The notes below the pieces were generated by a model, which ran no database searches, was not told where the DNA came from, and saw only the letters and a program-made list of their open reading frames with translations. This document shows, one piece after another, positions 11,017 to 26,000 of a DNA stretch of 64,000 nt. The position numbers and the translations under genes are program-made. Location of the stretch: NCBI GenBank assembly GCA_040954595.2, contig CM082585.2, forward strand, positions 1,704,902 through 1,768,901, read 5' to 3'. Source of the stretch: Balanoglossus misakiensis (lineage: Eukaryota; Animalia; Hemichordata). Within the stretch, counting starts at the first letter, position 1, and every line of letters starts with the position of its first letter.

Positions 11017-14000
11017 ATGCGCAGAACACATAGATAGGCCTATGCGCATAAGAACGTTTTCCACTAGACTCTGTGGATCGACGGATAGTTCCAAAATGCC
11101 CATGGTTGCTTCCAAACAACCTCGTTTGTTTACCGAATTCTGTTGTGAGGCACATAACACATAGATAGGCCTATGTGCATAAGAAAGTTTTCCACTAGAC
11201 TCTGTAGATCGAGAGATAGTTCTAAAATATCCATGGTTGCCTCAAAACACAGCCTCGTTTGTTTACAACAATCTGTTGTGATGCGCAGAACACATAGATA
11301 GGCCTATGCGCATAAGAACGTTTTCCACTAGACCTTTTAGATCGACGGATAGTTCTAAAATTTCCATGGTTGTTTCCAAACAGCCTCGTTTATTTACCGA
11401 TTTCTGTTGTGAGGCGCTGAACACATAGATAGGCCTATGCGCATAAGAAAGTTTTCCACTAGACGCTGAAGATCGACGGATAGTTCTAAAATTTCCATGG
11501 TTGCTTCCAAACAGCCTCGTTTATTTACCGATTTCTGTTGTGAGGCGCAGAACACATGATAGGCCCATGCTCATAAGAAATTTTTCCACTAGACTGTGTA
11601 GATCGAGAGATAGTTCAAAAATTTCCGTGGTTGCTTCCAAACAGCCTCGTTTGTTTACAAAATTATTTTGTGATGCGCAGAACACATAGATAGGCCTATG
11701 CGCAAAAGAACGTTTTCCACTAGACTCTGTAGATCGATGGATAGTTCTAAAATTTACATGGGTGCTTCTAAACAGCCTCGTTTATTTACCGATTTCTGTT
11801 GTGAGGCGCTGAACACATGATAGGCCTATACGCATAAGAAAGTTTTCCACTATACTCTGTAGATCGACGGATAGTTGTAAAATTTCAATGGTTGCTTCCA
11901 AACAGCCTCGTTTATTTACCGAATTCTGTTGTGATGCGCAGAACACATGATAGGACTATGCGCATAAGAAATTTTTCCACTAGACTCTGTAGATCGACGG
12001 GTAGTTCTAAAATTTCCATAGTTGCTTCCAAACAGCCTCGTTTATTTACCGAATTCTGTTGTTAGGCGCAGAACACGTGATAGGCCTATGCGCATAAGAA
12101 AGTTTTCCACTAGACTCTGTAGATCGACGGATAGTTCTAAAATTGCCATGGTTGCTTCCAAACAGCCTCGTTAATTTACCGATTTCTGTTGTGAGGCGCA
12201 GAACACATGATAGGCCTATGCGCATAAGAAATTTTTCCACTAGACTCTGTAGATCGACGGATAGTTCTAAAATGTCCATGGTTGCTTCCAAACAGCCTCG
12301 TTTATTTAATGAATTCTGTTGTGATGCGCAGAACACATGATAGGCCTATGCGCATAAGAATTTTTCCACTAGACTCTGTAGATCGACGGATAGTTCTAAA
12401 ATATCCATACTTGCTTCCAAACAGCCTCGTTTATTTACCGAATTATGTTGTGAGGCGCAGAACACGTGATAGGCCTATGCGCATTAGAAAGTTTTCCACT
12501 AGACTCTGTAGATCGAGAGATAGTTCTAAAATTTCCAAGGTTGCTTCCAAACACAGTCTCGTTTGTTTACAAAAGTCTGCAGTGATGCGCAGAACACATG
12601 ATAGGCCTATGCGCATAAGAAACTTTTTCACTGTAGATCGACGGATAGTTCTAAAATTTCCATAGACTCTGTAGATCGAGAGATAGTTCTAAAATTTCCA
12701 TGGTTGCTTCCAAACACAGCCTCGTTTGTTTACAAAATTCTTTTGTGATGCGCAGAACACATAGCTAGGCCTATGCGCATAAGAAAGTTTTCCACTAGAC
12801 TCTGTAGATCGACGGATAGTTCTAAAATGTCCATGGTTGATTTCAAACAGCCTTGTTTATTTACCGAATTCTGCTGTGATGCGCAGATCACATAGATAGG
12901 CCTATGTGCATAAGAAACTTTTCCACTAGACTCTGTAGATCGACGGATAGTTCTAAAATTTCCATGGTTGCATCCAAACAGCCTCGTTTATTTACCGATT
13001 TCTGTTGTGAGGCGCAGAACACGTGATAGGCCTATGCGCATAAGAAAGTTTTTTACTAGACTCTGCAGATCGACGGATAGTTCTAAAATTTCCATGGTTG
13101 CTTCCAAACACAGCCTCGTTTATTTCCAAATTCTGTTGTAATGCGCAGAACACATAGATAGGCCTATGCGCATAAGAACGTTTTCCACTAGACTCTATAG
13201 ATCGACGGATAGTTCTAAAATTTCCATGGTTGCTTCCAAACACAGCCTCGTTTGTTTACAAAATTCTGCAGTGATGCGCAGAACACATGATAGGCCTATG
13301 CGCATAAGAAACTTTTTCACTGTAGATCGACGGATAGTTCTAAAATTTCCATGGTTGATTCCAAACACAACCTCGTTTGTTTACAAAATTCTGTTGTAAT
13401 GCGCAGAACACATAGCTAGGCCTATGCGCATAAGAAAGTTTTCCACTAGACTCTGTAGATCGAGAGATAGTTCTAAAATATACATGGTTGCCTCAAAACA
13501 CAGCCTCGTTTGTTTACAAAATTCTGTTGTGATGCGCAGAACACATAGATAGGCCTATGCGCATAAGAACGTTTTCCACTAGACCTTTTAGATCGACGGA
13601 TAGTTCTAAAATTTCCATGGTTGTTTCCAAACAGCCTCGTTTATTTACCGATTTCTGTTGTGAGGCTCTGAACACATAGATAGGCCTATGCGCATAAAAA
13701 AGTTTTCCACTAGACGCTGAAGGTCGACGGATAGTTCTAAAATTTCCATGGTTGCTTCCAAACAGCCTCGTTTATTTACCGATTTCTGTTGTGAGGCGCA
13801 GAACACATGATAGGCCCATGCGCATAAGAAATTTTTCCACTAGACTCTGTAGATCGACGGATAGTTCTAAAATGTCCATGGTTGCTTCCAAACAAAGCCT
13901 CGTTTGTTTACAAAATTCTGTTGTGATGCGCAGAACACATATATAGGCCTATGTGCATATGAACGTTTCCCACTATACTCTGTAGATCGAGAGATAGTTC

Positions 14001-17000
14001 TAAAATTTCCATGTTTGCTTCCAAACAGCCTCGTTTATTTACGGAATTCTGTTTTGAGGCGCAGAACACATAGATAGGCATATGTGCATAAGAAAGTTTT
14101 CCACTATAGACTCTGTAGATCGAGAGATAGTTCTAAAATTTCCATGGTTGCTTCCAAACACAGCCTCGTTTGTTTACAAAATTCTGTTGTGATGCGCAGA
14201 ACACATATATAGGCCTATGCGCATAAGAACGTTTTCCACTAGACTCTGTAGATCGACGGATAGCTGTAAAATTTCCATGGTTGCTTCCAAACTGCCTCGT
14301 TTATTTACCGATTTCTGTTGTGAGGCGCAGAACACATGATAGGCCTATGCGCATAAGACATTTTTCCACTAGACTCTGTAGATCGACGGATAGTTCTAAA
14401 ATTTCCATGGTTGCTTCCAAACAGCCTCGTTTATTTACCGAATTCTGTTGTGAGGCGCAGAACACGTAATAGACCTATGCGCATTAGAAAGTTTTCCACA
14501 AGACTCTGTAGATCGACGGATAGATGTAAAATGTCCACGGTTGCTTCCAAATACAGCCTCGTTTATTTACCGATTTCTGTTGTGATGCGCATAACACATA
14601 TATAGGCCTATGCGCAAAAGAACGTTTTCCACTAGACTCTGTAGATCGACGGATAGCTGTAAAATTTCCATGTTTGCTTCCAAACAGCCTCGTTTATTTA
14701 CGGAATTCTGTTGTGAGGCGCAGAACACGTAATAGGCCTATGCGCATTAGAAAGTTTTCCACAGGACTCTGTAGATCGACGGATAGTTGTAAAATGTCCA
14801 TGGTTGCTTCCAAATACAGCCTCGTTTATTTACCGATTTCTGTTGTGATGCGCATAACATATATATAGGCCTATGCGCAAAAGAACGTTTTCCACTAGAC
14901 TCTGTAGATCGACGGATAGCTGTAAAATTTCCATGTTTGCTTGCAAACAGCCTTGTTTATTTACAAAATTCTGTTGTGATGCGCAGAACACATAGATAGG
15001 CCTATGCGCATAAGAACGTTTTCCACTAGACCTTTTAGATCGACGGATAGTTCTAAAATTTCCATGGTTGTTTCCAAACAGCCTCGTTTATTTACCGATT
15101 TCTGTTGTGAGGCGCTGAACACATGATAGGCCTATACGCATAAGAAAGTTTTCCACTATACTCTGTAGATCGACGGATAGTTGTAAAATTTCAATGGTTG
15201 CTTCCAAACAGCCTCGTTTATTTACCGAATTCTGTTGTGATGCGCAGAACACATGATAGGACTATGCGCATAAGAAATTTTTCCACTAGACTCTGTAGAT
15301 CGACGGGTAGTTCTAAAATTTCCATAGTTGCTTCCAAACAGCCTCGTTTATTTACCGAATTCTGTTGTTAGGCGCAGAACACGTGATAGGCCTATGCGCA
15401 TAAGAAAGTTTTCCACTAGACTCTGTAGATCGACGGATAGTTCTAAAATTGCCATGGTTGCTTCCAAACAGCCTCGTTAATTTACCGATTTCTGTTGTGA
15501 GGCGCAGAACACATGATAGGCCTATGCGCATAAGAAATTTTTCCACTAGACTCTGTAGATCGACGGATAGTTCTAAAATGTCCATGGTTGCTTCCAAACA
15601 GCCTCGTTTATTTAATGAATTCTGTTGTGATGCGCAGAACACATGATAGGCCTATGCGCATAAGAATTTTTCCACTAGACTCTGTAGATCGACGGATAGT
15701 TCTAAAATATCCATACTTGCTTCCAAACAGCCTCGTTTATTTACCGAATTATGTTGTGAGGCGCAGAACACGTGATAGGCCTATGCGCATTAGAAAGTTT
15801 TCCACTAGACTCTGTAGATCGAGAGATAGTTCTAAAATTTCCAAGGTTGCTTCCAAACACAGTCTCGTTTGTTTACAAAAGTCTGCAGTGATGCGCAGAA
15901 CACATGATAGGCCTAGGCGCATAAGAAACTTTTTCACTGTAGATCGACGGATAGTTCTAAAATTTCCATAGACTCTGTAGATCGAGAGATAGTTCTAAAA
16001 TTTCCATGGTTGCTTCCAAACACAGCCTCGTTTGTTTACAAAATTCTTTTGTGATGCGCAGAACACATAGCTAGGCCTATGCGCATAAGAAAGTTTTCCA
16101 CTAGACTCTGTAGATCGACGGATAGTTCTAAAATTTCCATGGTTGTTTCCAAACAGCCTCGTTTATTTACCGATTTCTGTTGTGAGGCTCTGAACACATA
16201 GATAGGCCTATGCGCATAAAAAAGTTTTCCACTAGACGCTGAAGGTCGACGGATAGTTCTAAAATTTCCATGGTTGCTTCCAAACAGCCTCGTTTATTTA
16301 CCGATTTCTGTTGTGAGGCGCAGAACACATGATAGGCCCATGCGCATAAGAAATTTTTCCACTAGACTCTGTAGATCGACGGATAGTTCTAAAATGTCCA
16401 TGGTTGCTTCCAAACAAAGCCTCGTTTGTTTACAAAATTCTGTTGTGATGCGCAGAACACATATATAGGCCTATGTGCATATGAACGTTTCCCACTATAC
16501 TCTGTAGATCGAGAGATAGTTCTAAAATTTCCATGTTTGCTTCCAAACAGCCTCGTTTATTTACGGAATTCTGTTTTGAGGCGCAGAACACATAGATAGG
16601 CATATGTGCATAAGAAAGTTTTCCACTATAGACTCTGTAGATCGAGAGATAGTTCTAAAATTTCCATGGTTGCTTCCAAACACAGCCTCGTTTGTTTACA
16701 AAATTCTGTTGTGATGCGCAGAACACATATATAGGCCTATGCGCATAAGAACGTTTTCCACTAGACTCTGTAGATCGACGGATAGCTGTAAAATTTCCAT
16801 GGTTGCTTCCAAACTGCCTCGTTTATTTACCGATTTCTGTTGTGAGGCGCAGAACACATGATAGGCCTATGCGCATAAGACATTTTTCCACTAGACTCTG
16901 TAGATCGACGGATAGTTCTAAAATTTCCATGGTTGCTTCCAAACAGCCTCGTTTATTTACCGAATTCTGTTGTGAGGCGCAGAACACGTAATAGACCTAT

Positions 17001-20000
17001 GCGCATTAGAAAGTTTTCCACAAGACTCTGTAGATCGACGGATAGATGTAAAATGTCCACGGTTGCTTCCAAATACAGCCTCGTTTATTTACCGATTTCT
17101 GTTGTGATGCGCATAACACATATATAGGCCTATGCGCAAAAGAACGTTTTCCACTAGACTCTGTAGATCGACGGATAGCTGTAAAATTTCCATGTTTGCT
17201 TCCAAACAGCCTCGTTTATTTACGGAATTCTGTTGTGAGGCGCAGAACACGTAATAGGCCTATGCGCATACGACATTTTTCCACTAGACTCTGTAGATCG
17301 ACGGATAGTTGTAAAATTTCCATGGTTGCTTCCAAACAACCTCGTTTGTTTACCGAATTCTGTTGTGATGCGCAGAACACATATATAGGCCTATGCGCAT
17401 AAGAACGTTTTCCACTAGACTCTGTAGATCGACGGATAGTTGTAAAATGTTCATGGTTGCTTCCAAATACAGCCTCGTTTATTTACCGATTTCTGTTATG
17501 ATGCGCATAACACATAGATAGGCCTATGCGCATTATAACGTTTTCCACTAGACTCTGTAGATCGACGGATAGTTGTAAAATTTCCATGGTTGCTTCCAAA
17601 CAGCCTCGTTTATTTACCGAATTCTGTTGTTAGGCGCAGAACACGTTATAGGCCTATGCGCATAAGAAAGTTTTCCACCAGACTCTGTAGATCGACGGAT
17701 TTTTGTAAAATTTCCATGGTTGCTTCCAAACAGCCTCGTTTATTTACCGAATTCTGTTGTTAGGCGCAGAACACGTTATAGGCCTATGCGCATAAGAAAG
17801 TTTTCCACCAGACTCTGTAGATGGACTGATAGTTGTAAAATTTCCATGGTTGCTTCCAAACAGCCTCGTTTATTTACTGATTTCTGTTGTGAGGCGCAGA
17901 ACACATGATAGGCCAATGCGCATAAGACATTTTTCCACTAGACTCTGTAGATCGACGGATAGTTGTAAAATTTCCATGGTTGCTTCCAAACAACCTCGTT
18001 TGTTTACGAATTCTGTTGTGATGCGCAGAACACATATATAGGGCTATGCGCATAAGAAAGTTTTCCACCAGACTCCGTAGATCGACGGATAGTTGTAAAA
18101 TTTCCATGGTTGCTTCCAAACAGCCTCGTTTATTTACCGAATTCTGTTGTGAGGCGCAGAACACATAGATAGGCATATGTGCATAAGAAAGTTTTCCACT
18201 ATAGACTCTGTAGATCGAGAGATAGTTCTAAAATGTCCATGGTTGCTACCAAACACAGCCTCGTTTGTTTACAAAATTCTGTTGTGATGCGCAGAACACA
18301 TAGATAGGCCTATGCGCATATGAACGTTTTCCACCATACACTGTAGATCGAGAGATAGTTCTAAAACTTCCATGTTTGCTTCCAAACAGCCTCGTTTATT
18401 TGCGGAATTCTGTTTTGAGGCGCAGAACACATAGATAGGCATATGTGAATAAGAAAGTTTTCCACTATAGACTCTGTAGATCGAGAGATAGTTGTAAAAT
18501 TTCCATGGTTGCTTCCAAACAGCCTCGTTTATTTACCGATTTCTGTTGTGAGGCGCAGAACACATAGATAGGCCTATGCGCATAAAAAACTTTTCAACTT
18601 TAGATCAACGGATAGTTCTAAAATTTCCATGGTTGTTTCCAAACAGCCTCGTTTATTTACCGAATTCTGTTGTGATGCGTAGAACACATACATATGCCTA
18701 TGCGCATAAGAAAGTTTTCCACTAGACTCCGTAGATCGACGAATAGTTCTAAAATGTCCATGGTTGCTTCCAAACAAAGCCTGGTTTGTTTACAAAATTC
18801 TGTTGTGATGCGCAGAACACATAGATAGGCCTATGCGCATATGAACGTTTTCCACTATACTCTGTAGATCGAGAGATAGTTCTAAAATTTCCATGTTTGC
18901 TTCCAAACAGCCTCGTTTATTTACGGAATTCTGTTTTGAGGCGCAGAACACATAGATAGGCATATGTGCATAAGAAAGTTTTCCACTATAGACTCTGTAG
19001 ATCGAGAGATAGTTCTAAAATGTCCATGGTTGCTTCCAAACACAGCCTCGTTTGTTTACAAAATTCTGTTGTGATGCGCAGAACACATATATAGGCCTAT
19101 GCGCATAAGAACGTTTTCCACTAGACTCTGTAGATCGACGGATAGCTGTAAAATTTCCATGGTTGCTTCCAAACTGCCTCGTTTATTTACCGATTTCTGT
19201 TGTGAGGCGCAGAACACATGATAGGCCTATGCGCATAAGACATTTTTCCACTAGACTCTGTAGATCGACGGATAGTTCTAAAATTTCCATGGTTGCTTCC
19301 AAACAGCCTCGTTTATTTACCGAATTCTGTTGTGAGGCGCAGAACACGTAATAGACCTATGCGCATTAGAAAGTTTTCCACAAGACTCTGTAGATCGACG
19401 GATAGATGTAAAATGTCCACGGTTGCTTCCAAATACAGCCTCGTTTATTTACCGATTTCTGTTGTGATGCGCATAACACATATATAGGCCTATGCGCAAA
19501 AGAACGTTTTCCACTAGACTCTGTAGATCGACGGATAGCTGTAAAATTTCCATGTTTGCTTCCAAACAGCCTCGTTTATTTACGGAATTCTGTTGTGAGG
19601 CGCAGAACACGTAATAGGCCTATGCGCATTAGAAAGTTTTCCACAGGACTCTGTAGATCGACGGATAGTTGTAAAATGTCCATGGTTGCTTCCAAATACA
19701 GCCTCGTTTATTTACCGATTTCTGTTGTGATGCGCATAACATATATATAGGCCTATGCGCAAAAGAACGTTTTCCACTAGACTCTGTAGATCGACGGATA
19801 GCTGTAAAATTTCCATGTTTGCTTGCAAACAGCCTTGTTTATTTACGGAATTCTGTTTTGAGGCGCAGAACACATGATAGGCCTATGCGCATACGACATT
19901 TTTCCACTAGACTCTGTAGATCGACGGATAGTTGTAAAATTTCCATGGTTGCTTCCAAACAACCTCGTTTGTTTACCGAATTCTGTTGTGATGCGCAGAA

Positions 20001-23000
20001 CACATGATAGGACTATGCGCATAAGAAATTTTTCCACTAGACTCTGTAGATCGACGGGTAGTTCTAAAATTTCCATAGTTGCTTCCAAACAGCCTCGTTT
20101 ATTTACCGAATTCTGTTGTTAGGCGCAGAACACGTGATAGGCCTATGCGCATAAGAAAGTTTTCCACTAGACTCTGTAGATCGACGGATAGTTCTAAAAT
20201 TGCCATGGTTGCTTCCAAACAGCCTCGTTAATTTACCGATTTCTGTTGTGAGGCGCAGAACACATGATAGGCCTATGCGCATAAGAAATTTTTCCACTAG
20301 ACTCTGTAGATCGACGGATAGTTCTAAAATGTCCATGGTTGCTTCCAAACAGCCTCGTTTATTTAATGAATTCTGTTGTGATGCGCAGAACACATGATAG
20401 GCCTATGCGCATAAGAATTTTTCCACTAGACTCTGTAGATCGACGGATAGTTCTAAAATATCCATACTTGCTTCCAAACAGCCTCGTTTATTTACCGAAT
20501 TATGTTGTGAGGCGCAGAACACGTGATAGGCCTATGCGCATTAGAAAGTTTTCCACTAGACTCTGTAGATCGAGAGATAGTTCTAAAATTTCCAAGGTTG
20601 CTTCCAAACACAGTCTCGTTTGTTTACAAAAGTCTGCAGTGATGCGCAGAACACATGATAGGCCTATGCGCATAAGAAACTTTTTCACTGTAGATCGACG
20701 GATAGTTCTAAAATTTCCATAGACTCTGTAGATCGAGAGATAGTTCTAAAATTTCCATGGTTGTTTCCAAACAGCCTCGTTTATTTACCGAATTCTGTTG
20801 TGATGCGTAGAACACATACATATGCCTATGCGCATAAGAAAGTTTTCCACTAGACTCCGTAGATCGACGAATAGTTCTAAAATGTCCATGGTTGCTTCCA
20901 AACAAAGCCTGGTTTGTTTACAAAATTCTGTTGTGATGCGCAGAACACATAGATAGGCCTATGCGCATATGAACGTTTTCCACTATACTCTGTAGATCGA
21001 GAGATAGTTCTAAAATTTCCATGTTTGCTTCCAAACAGCCTCGTTTATTTACGGAATTCTGTTTTGAGGCGCTGAACACATGATAGGCCTATACGCATAA
21101 GAAAGTTTTCCACTATACTCTGTAGATCGACGGATAGTTGTAAAATTTCAATGGTTGCTTCCAAACAGCCTCGTTTATTTACCGAATTCTGTTGTGATGC
21201 GCAGAACACATGATAGGACTATGCGCATAAGAAATTTTTCCACTAGACTCTGTAGATCGACGGGTAGTTCTAAAATTTCCATAGTTGCTTCCAAACAGCC
21301 TCGTTTATTTACCGAATTCTGTTGTTAGGCGCAGAACACGTGATAGGCCTATGCGCATAAGAAAGTTTTCCACTAGACTCTGTAGATCGACGGATAGTTC
21401 TAAAATTGCCATGGTTGCTTCCAAACAGCCTCGTTAATTTACCGATTTCTGTTGTGAGGCGCAGAACACATGATAGGCCTATGCGCATAAGAAATTTTTC
21501 CACTAGACTCTGTAGATCGACGGATAGTTCTAAAATGTCCATGGTTGCTTCCAAACAGCCTCGTTTATTTAATGAATTCTGTTGTGATGCGCAGAACACA
21601 TGATAGGCCTATGCGCATAAGAATTTTTCCACTAGACTCTGTAGATCGACGGATAGTTCTAAAATATCCATACTTGCTTCCAAACAGCCTCGTTTATTTA
21701 CCGAATTATGTTGTGAGGCGCAGAACACGTGATAGGCCTATGCGCATTAGAAAGTTTTCCACTAGACTCTGTAGATCGAGAGATAGTTCTAAAATTTCCA
21801 AGGTTGCTTCCAAACACAGTCTCGTTTGTTTACAAAAGTCTGCAGTGATGCGCAGAACACATGATAGGCCTATGCGCATAAGAAACTTTTTCACTGTAGA
21901 TCGACGGATAGTTCTAAAATTTCCATAGACTCTGTAGATCGAGAGATAGTTCTAAAATTTCCATGGTTGCTTCCAAACACAGCCTCGTTTGTTTACAAAA
22001 TTCTTTTGTGATGCGCAGAACACATAGCTAGGCCTATGCGCATAAGAAAGTTTTCCACTAGACTCTGTAGATCGACGGATAGTTCTAAAATTTCCATGGT
22101 TGTTTCCAAACAGCCTCGTTTATTTACCGATTTCTGTTGTGAGGCTCTGAACACATAGATAGGCCTATGCGCATAAAAAAGTTTTCCACTAGACGCTGAA
22201 GGTCGACGGATAGTTCTAAAATTTCCATGGTTGCTTCCAAACAGCCTCGTTTATTTACCGATTTCTGTTGTGAGGCGCAGAACACATGATAGGCCCATGC
22301 GCATAAGAAATTTTTCCACTAGACTCTGTAGATCGACGGATAGTTCTAAAATGTCCATGGTTGCTTCCAAACAAAGCCTCGTTTGTTTACAAAATTCTGT
22401 TGTGATGCGCAGAACACATATATAGGCCTATGTGCATATGAACGTTTCCCACTATACTCTGTAGATCGAGAGATAGTTCTAAAATTTCCATGTTTGCTTC
22501 CAAACAGCCTCGTTTATTTACGGAATTCTGTTTTGAGGCGCAGAACACATAGATAGGCATATGTGCATAAGAAAGTTTTCCACTATAGACTCTGTAGATC
22601 GAGAGATAGTTCTAAAATTTCCATGGTTGCTTCCAAACACAGCCTCGTTTGTTTACAAAATTCTGTTGTGATGCGCAGAACACATATATAGGCCTATGCG
22701 CATAAGAACGTTTTCCACTAGACTCTGTAGATCGACGGATAGCTGTAAAATTTCCATGGTTGCTTCCAAACTGCCTCGTTTATTTACCGATTTCTGTTGT
22801 GAGGCGCAGAACACATGATAGGCCTATGCGCATAAGACATTTTTCCACTAGACTCTGTAGATCGACGGATAGTTCTAAAATTTCCATGGTTGCTTCCAAA
22901 CAGCCTCGTTTATTTACCGAATTCTGTTGTGAGGCGCAGAACACGTAATAGACCTATGCGCATTAGAAAGTTTTCCACAAGACTCTGTAGATCGACGGAT

Positions 23001-26000
23001 AGATGTAAAATGTCCACGGTTGCTTCCAAATACAGCCTCGTTTATTTACCGATTTCTGTTGTGATGCGCATAACACATATATAGGCCTATGCGCAAAAGA
23101 ACGTTTTCCACTAGACTCTGTAGATCGACGGATAGCTGTAAAATTTCCATGTTTGCTTCCAAACAGCCTCGTTTATTTACGGAATTCTGTTGTGAGGCGC
23201 AGAACACGTAATAGGCCTATGCGCATTAGAAAGTTTTCCACAGGACTCTGTAGATCGACGGATAGTTGTAAAATGTCCATGGTTGCTTCCAAATACAGCC
23301 TCGTTTATTTACCGATTTCTGTTGTGATGCGCATAACATATATATAGGCCTATGCGCAAAAGAACGTTTTCCACTAGACTCTGTAGATCGACGGATAGCT
23401 GTAAAATTTCCATGTTTGCTTGCAAACAGCCTTGTTTATTTACGGAATTCTGTTTTGAGGCGCAGAACACATGATAGGCCTATGCGCATACGACATTTTT
23501 CCACTAGACTCTGTAGATCGACGGATAGTTGTAAAATTTCCATGGTTGCTTCCAAACAACCTCGTTTGTTTACCGAATTCTGTTGTGATGCGCAGAACAC
23601 ATATATAGGCCTATGCGCATAAGAACGTTTTCCACTAGACTCTGTAGATCGACGGATAGTTGTAAAATGTTCATGGTTGCTTCCAAATACAGCCTCGTTT
23701 ATTTACCGATTTCTGTTGTGATGCGCATAACACATAGATAGGCCTATGCGCATTATAACGTTTTCCACTAGACTCTGTAGATCGACGGATTGTTGTAAAA
23801 TTTCCATGGTTGCTTCCAAACAGCCTCGTTTATTTACCGAATTCTGTTGTTAGGCGCAGAACACGTTATAGGCCTATGCGCATAAGAAAGTTTTCCACCA
23901 GACTCTGTAGATCGACGGATTTTTGTAAAATTTCCATGGTTGCTTCCAAACAGCCTCGTTTATTTACCGAATTCTGTTGTTAGGCGCAGAACACGTTATA
24001 GGCCTATGCGCATAAGAAAGTTTTCCACCAGACTCTGTAGATGGACTGATAGTTGTAAAATTTCCATGGTTGCTTCCAAACAGCCTCGTTTATTTACTGA
24101 TTTCTGTTGTGAGGCGCAGAACACATGATAGGCCAATGCGCATAAGACATTTTTCCACTAGACTCTGTAGATCGACGGATAGTTGTAAAATTTCCATGGT
24201 TGCTTCCAAACAACCTCGTTTGTTTACGAATTCTGTTGTGATGCGCAGAACACATATATAGGGCTATGCGCATAAGAAAGTTTTCCACCAGACTCCGTAG
24301 ATCGACGGATAGTTGTAAAATTTCCATGGTTGCTTCCAAACAGCCTCGTTTATTTACCGAATTCTGTTGTGAGGCGCAGAACACATAGATAGGCATATGT
24401 GCATAAGAAAGTTTTCCACTATAGACTCTGTAGATCGAGAGATAGTTCTAAAATGTCCATGGTTGCTACCAAACACAGCCTCGTTTGTTTACAAAATTCT
24501 GTTGTGATGCGCAGAACACATAGATAGGCCTATGCGCATATGAACGTTTTCCACCATACACTGTAGATCGAGAGATAGTTCTAAAACTTCCATGTTTGCT
24601 TCCAAACAGCCTCGTTTATTTGCGGAATTCTGTTTTGAGGCGCAGAACACATAGATAGGCATATGTGAATAAGAAAGTTTTCCACTATAGACTCTGTAGA
24701 TCGAGAGATAGTTGTAAAATTTCCATGGTTGCTTCCAAACAGCCTCGTTTATTTACCGATTTCTGTTGTGAGGCGCAGAACACATAGATAGGCCTATGCG
24801 CATAAAAAACTTTTCAACTTTAGATCAACGGATAGTTCTAAAATTTCCATGGTTGTTTCCAAACAGCCTCGTTTATTTACCGAATTCTGTTGTGATGCGT
24901 AGAACACATACATATGCCTATGCGCATAAGAAAGTTTTCCACTAGACTCCGTAGATCGACGAATAGTTCTAAAATGTCCATGGTTGCTTCCAAACAAAGC
25001 CTGGTTTGTTTACAAAATTCTGTTGTGATGCGCAGAACACATAGATAGGCCTATGCGCATATGAACGTTTTCCACTATACTCTGTAGATCGAGAGATAGT
25101 TCTAAAATTTCCATGTTTGCTTCCAAACAGCCTCGTTTATTTACGGAATTCTGTTTTGAGGCGCAGAACACATAGATAGGCATATGTGCATAAGAAAGTT
25201 TTCCACTATAGACTCTGTAGATCGAGAGATAGTTCTAAAATGTCCATGGTTGCTTCCAAACACAGCCTCGTTTGTTTACAAAATTCTGTTGTGATGCGCA
25301 GAACACATATATAGGCCTATGCGCATAAGAACGTTTTCCACTAGACTCTGTAGATCGACGGATAGCTGTAAAATTTCCATGGTTGCTTCCAAACTGCCTC
25401 GTTTATTTACCGATTTCTGTTGTGAGGCGCAGAACACATGATAGGCCTATGCGCATAAGACATTTTTCCACTAGACTCTGTAGATCGACGGATAGTTCTA
25501 AAATTTCCATGGTTGCTTCCAAACAGCCTCGTTTATTTACCGAATTCTGTTGTGAGGCGCAGAACACGTAATAGACCTATGCGCATTAGAAAGTTTTCCA
25601 CAAGACTCTGTAGATCGACGGATAGATGTAAAATGTCCACGGTTGCTTCCAAATACAGCCTCGTTTATTTACCGATTTCTGTTGTGATGCGCATAACACA
25701 TATATAGGCCTATGCGCAAAAGAACGTTTTCCACTAGACTCTGTAGATCGACGGATAGCTGTAAAATTTCCATGTTTGCTTCCAAACAGCCTCGTTTATT
25801 TACGGAATTCTGTTGTGAGGCGCAGAACACGTAATAGGCCTATGCGCATTAGAAAGTTTTCCACAGGACTCTGTAGATCGACGGATAGTTGTAAAATGTC
25901 CATGGTTGCTTCCAAATACAGCCTCGTTTATTTACCGATTTCTGTTGTGATGCGCATAACATATATATAGGCCTATGCGCAAAAGAACGTTTTCCACTAG

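Noticed and set aside
11461-11480. Hammerhead ribozyme satellite (CTGAAGA)
   Set aside because: The core motif occurs only in a rare variant, not in the consensus, and no supporting three-stem fold was seen.
11515-11531. CENP-B-box-like CCTCGTTTATTTACCGA
   Set aside because: At best about 5 of the 9 essential positions of NTTCGNNNNANNCGGGN match, even in the ACGGA variant.
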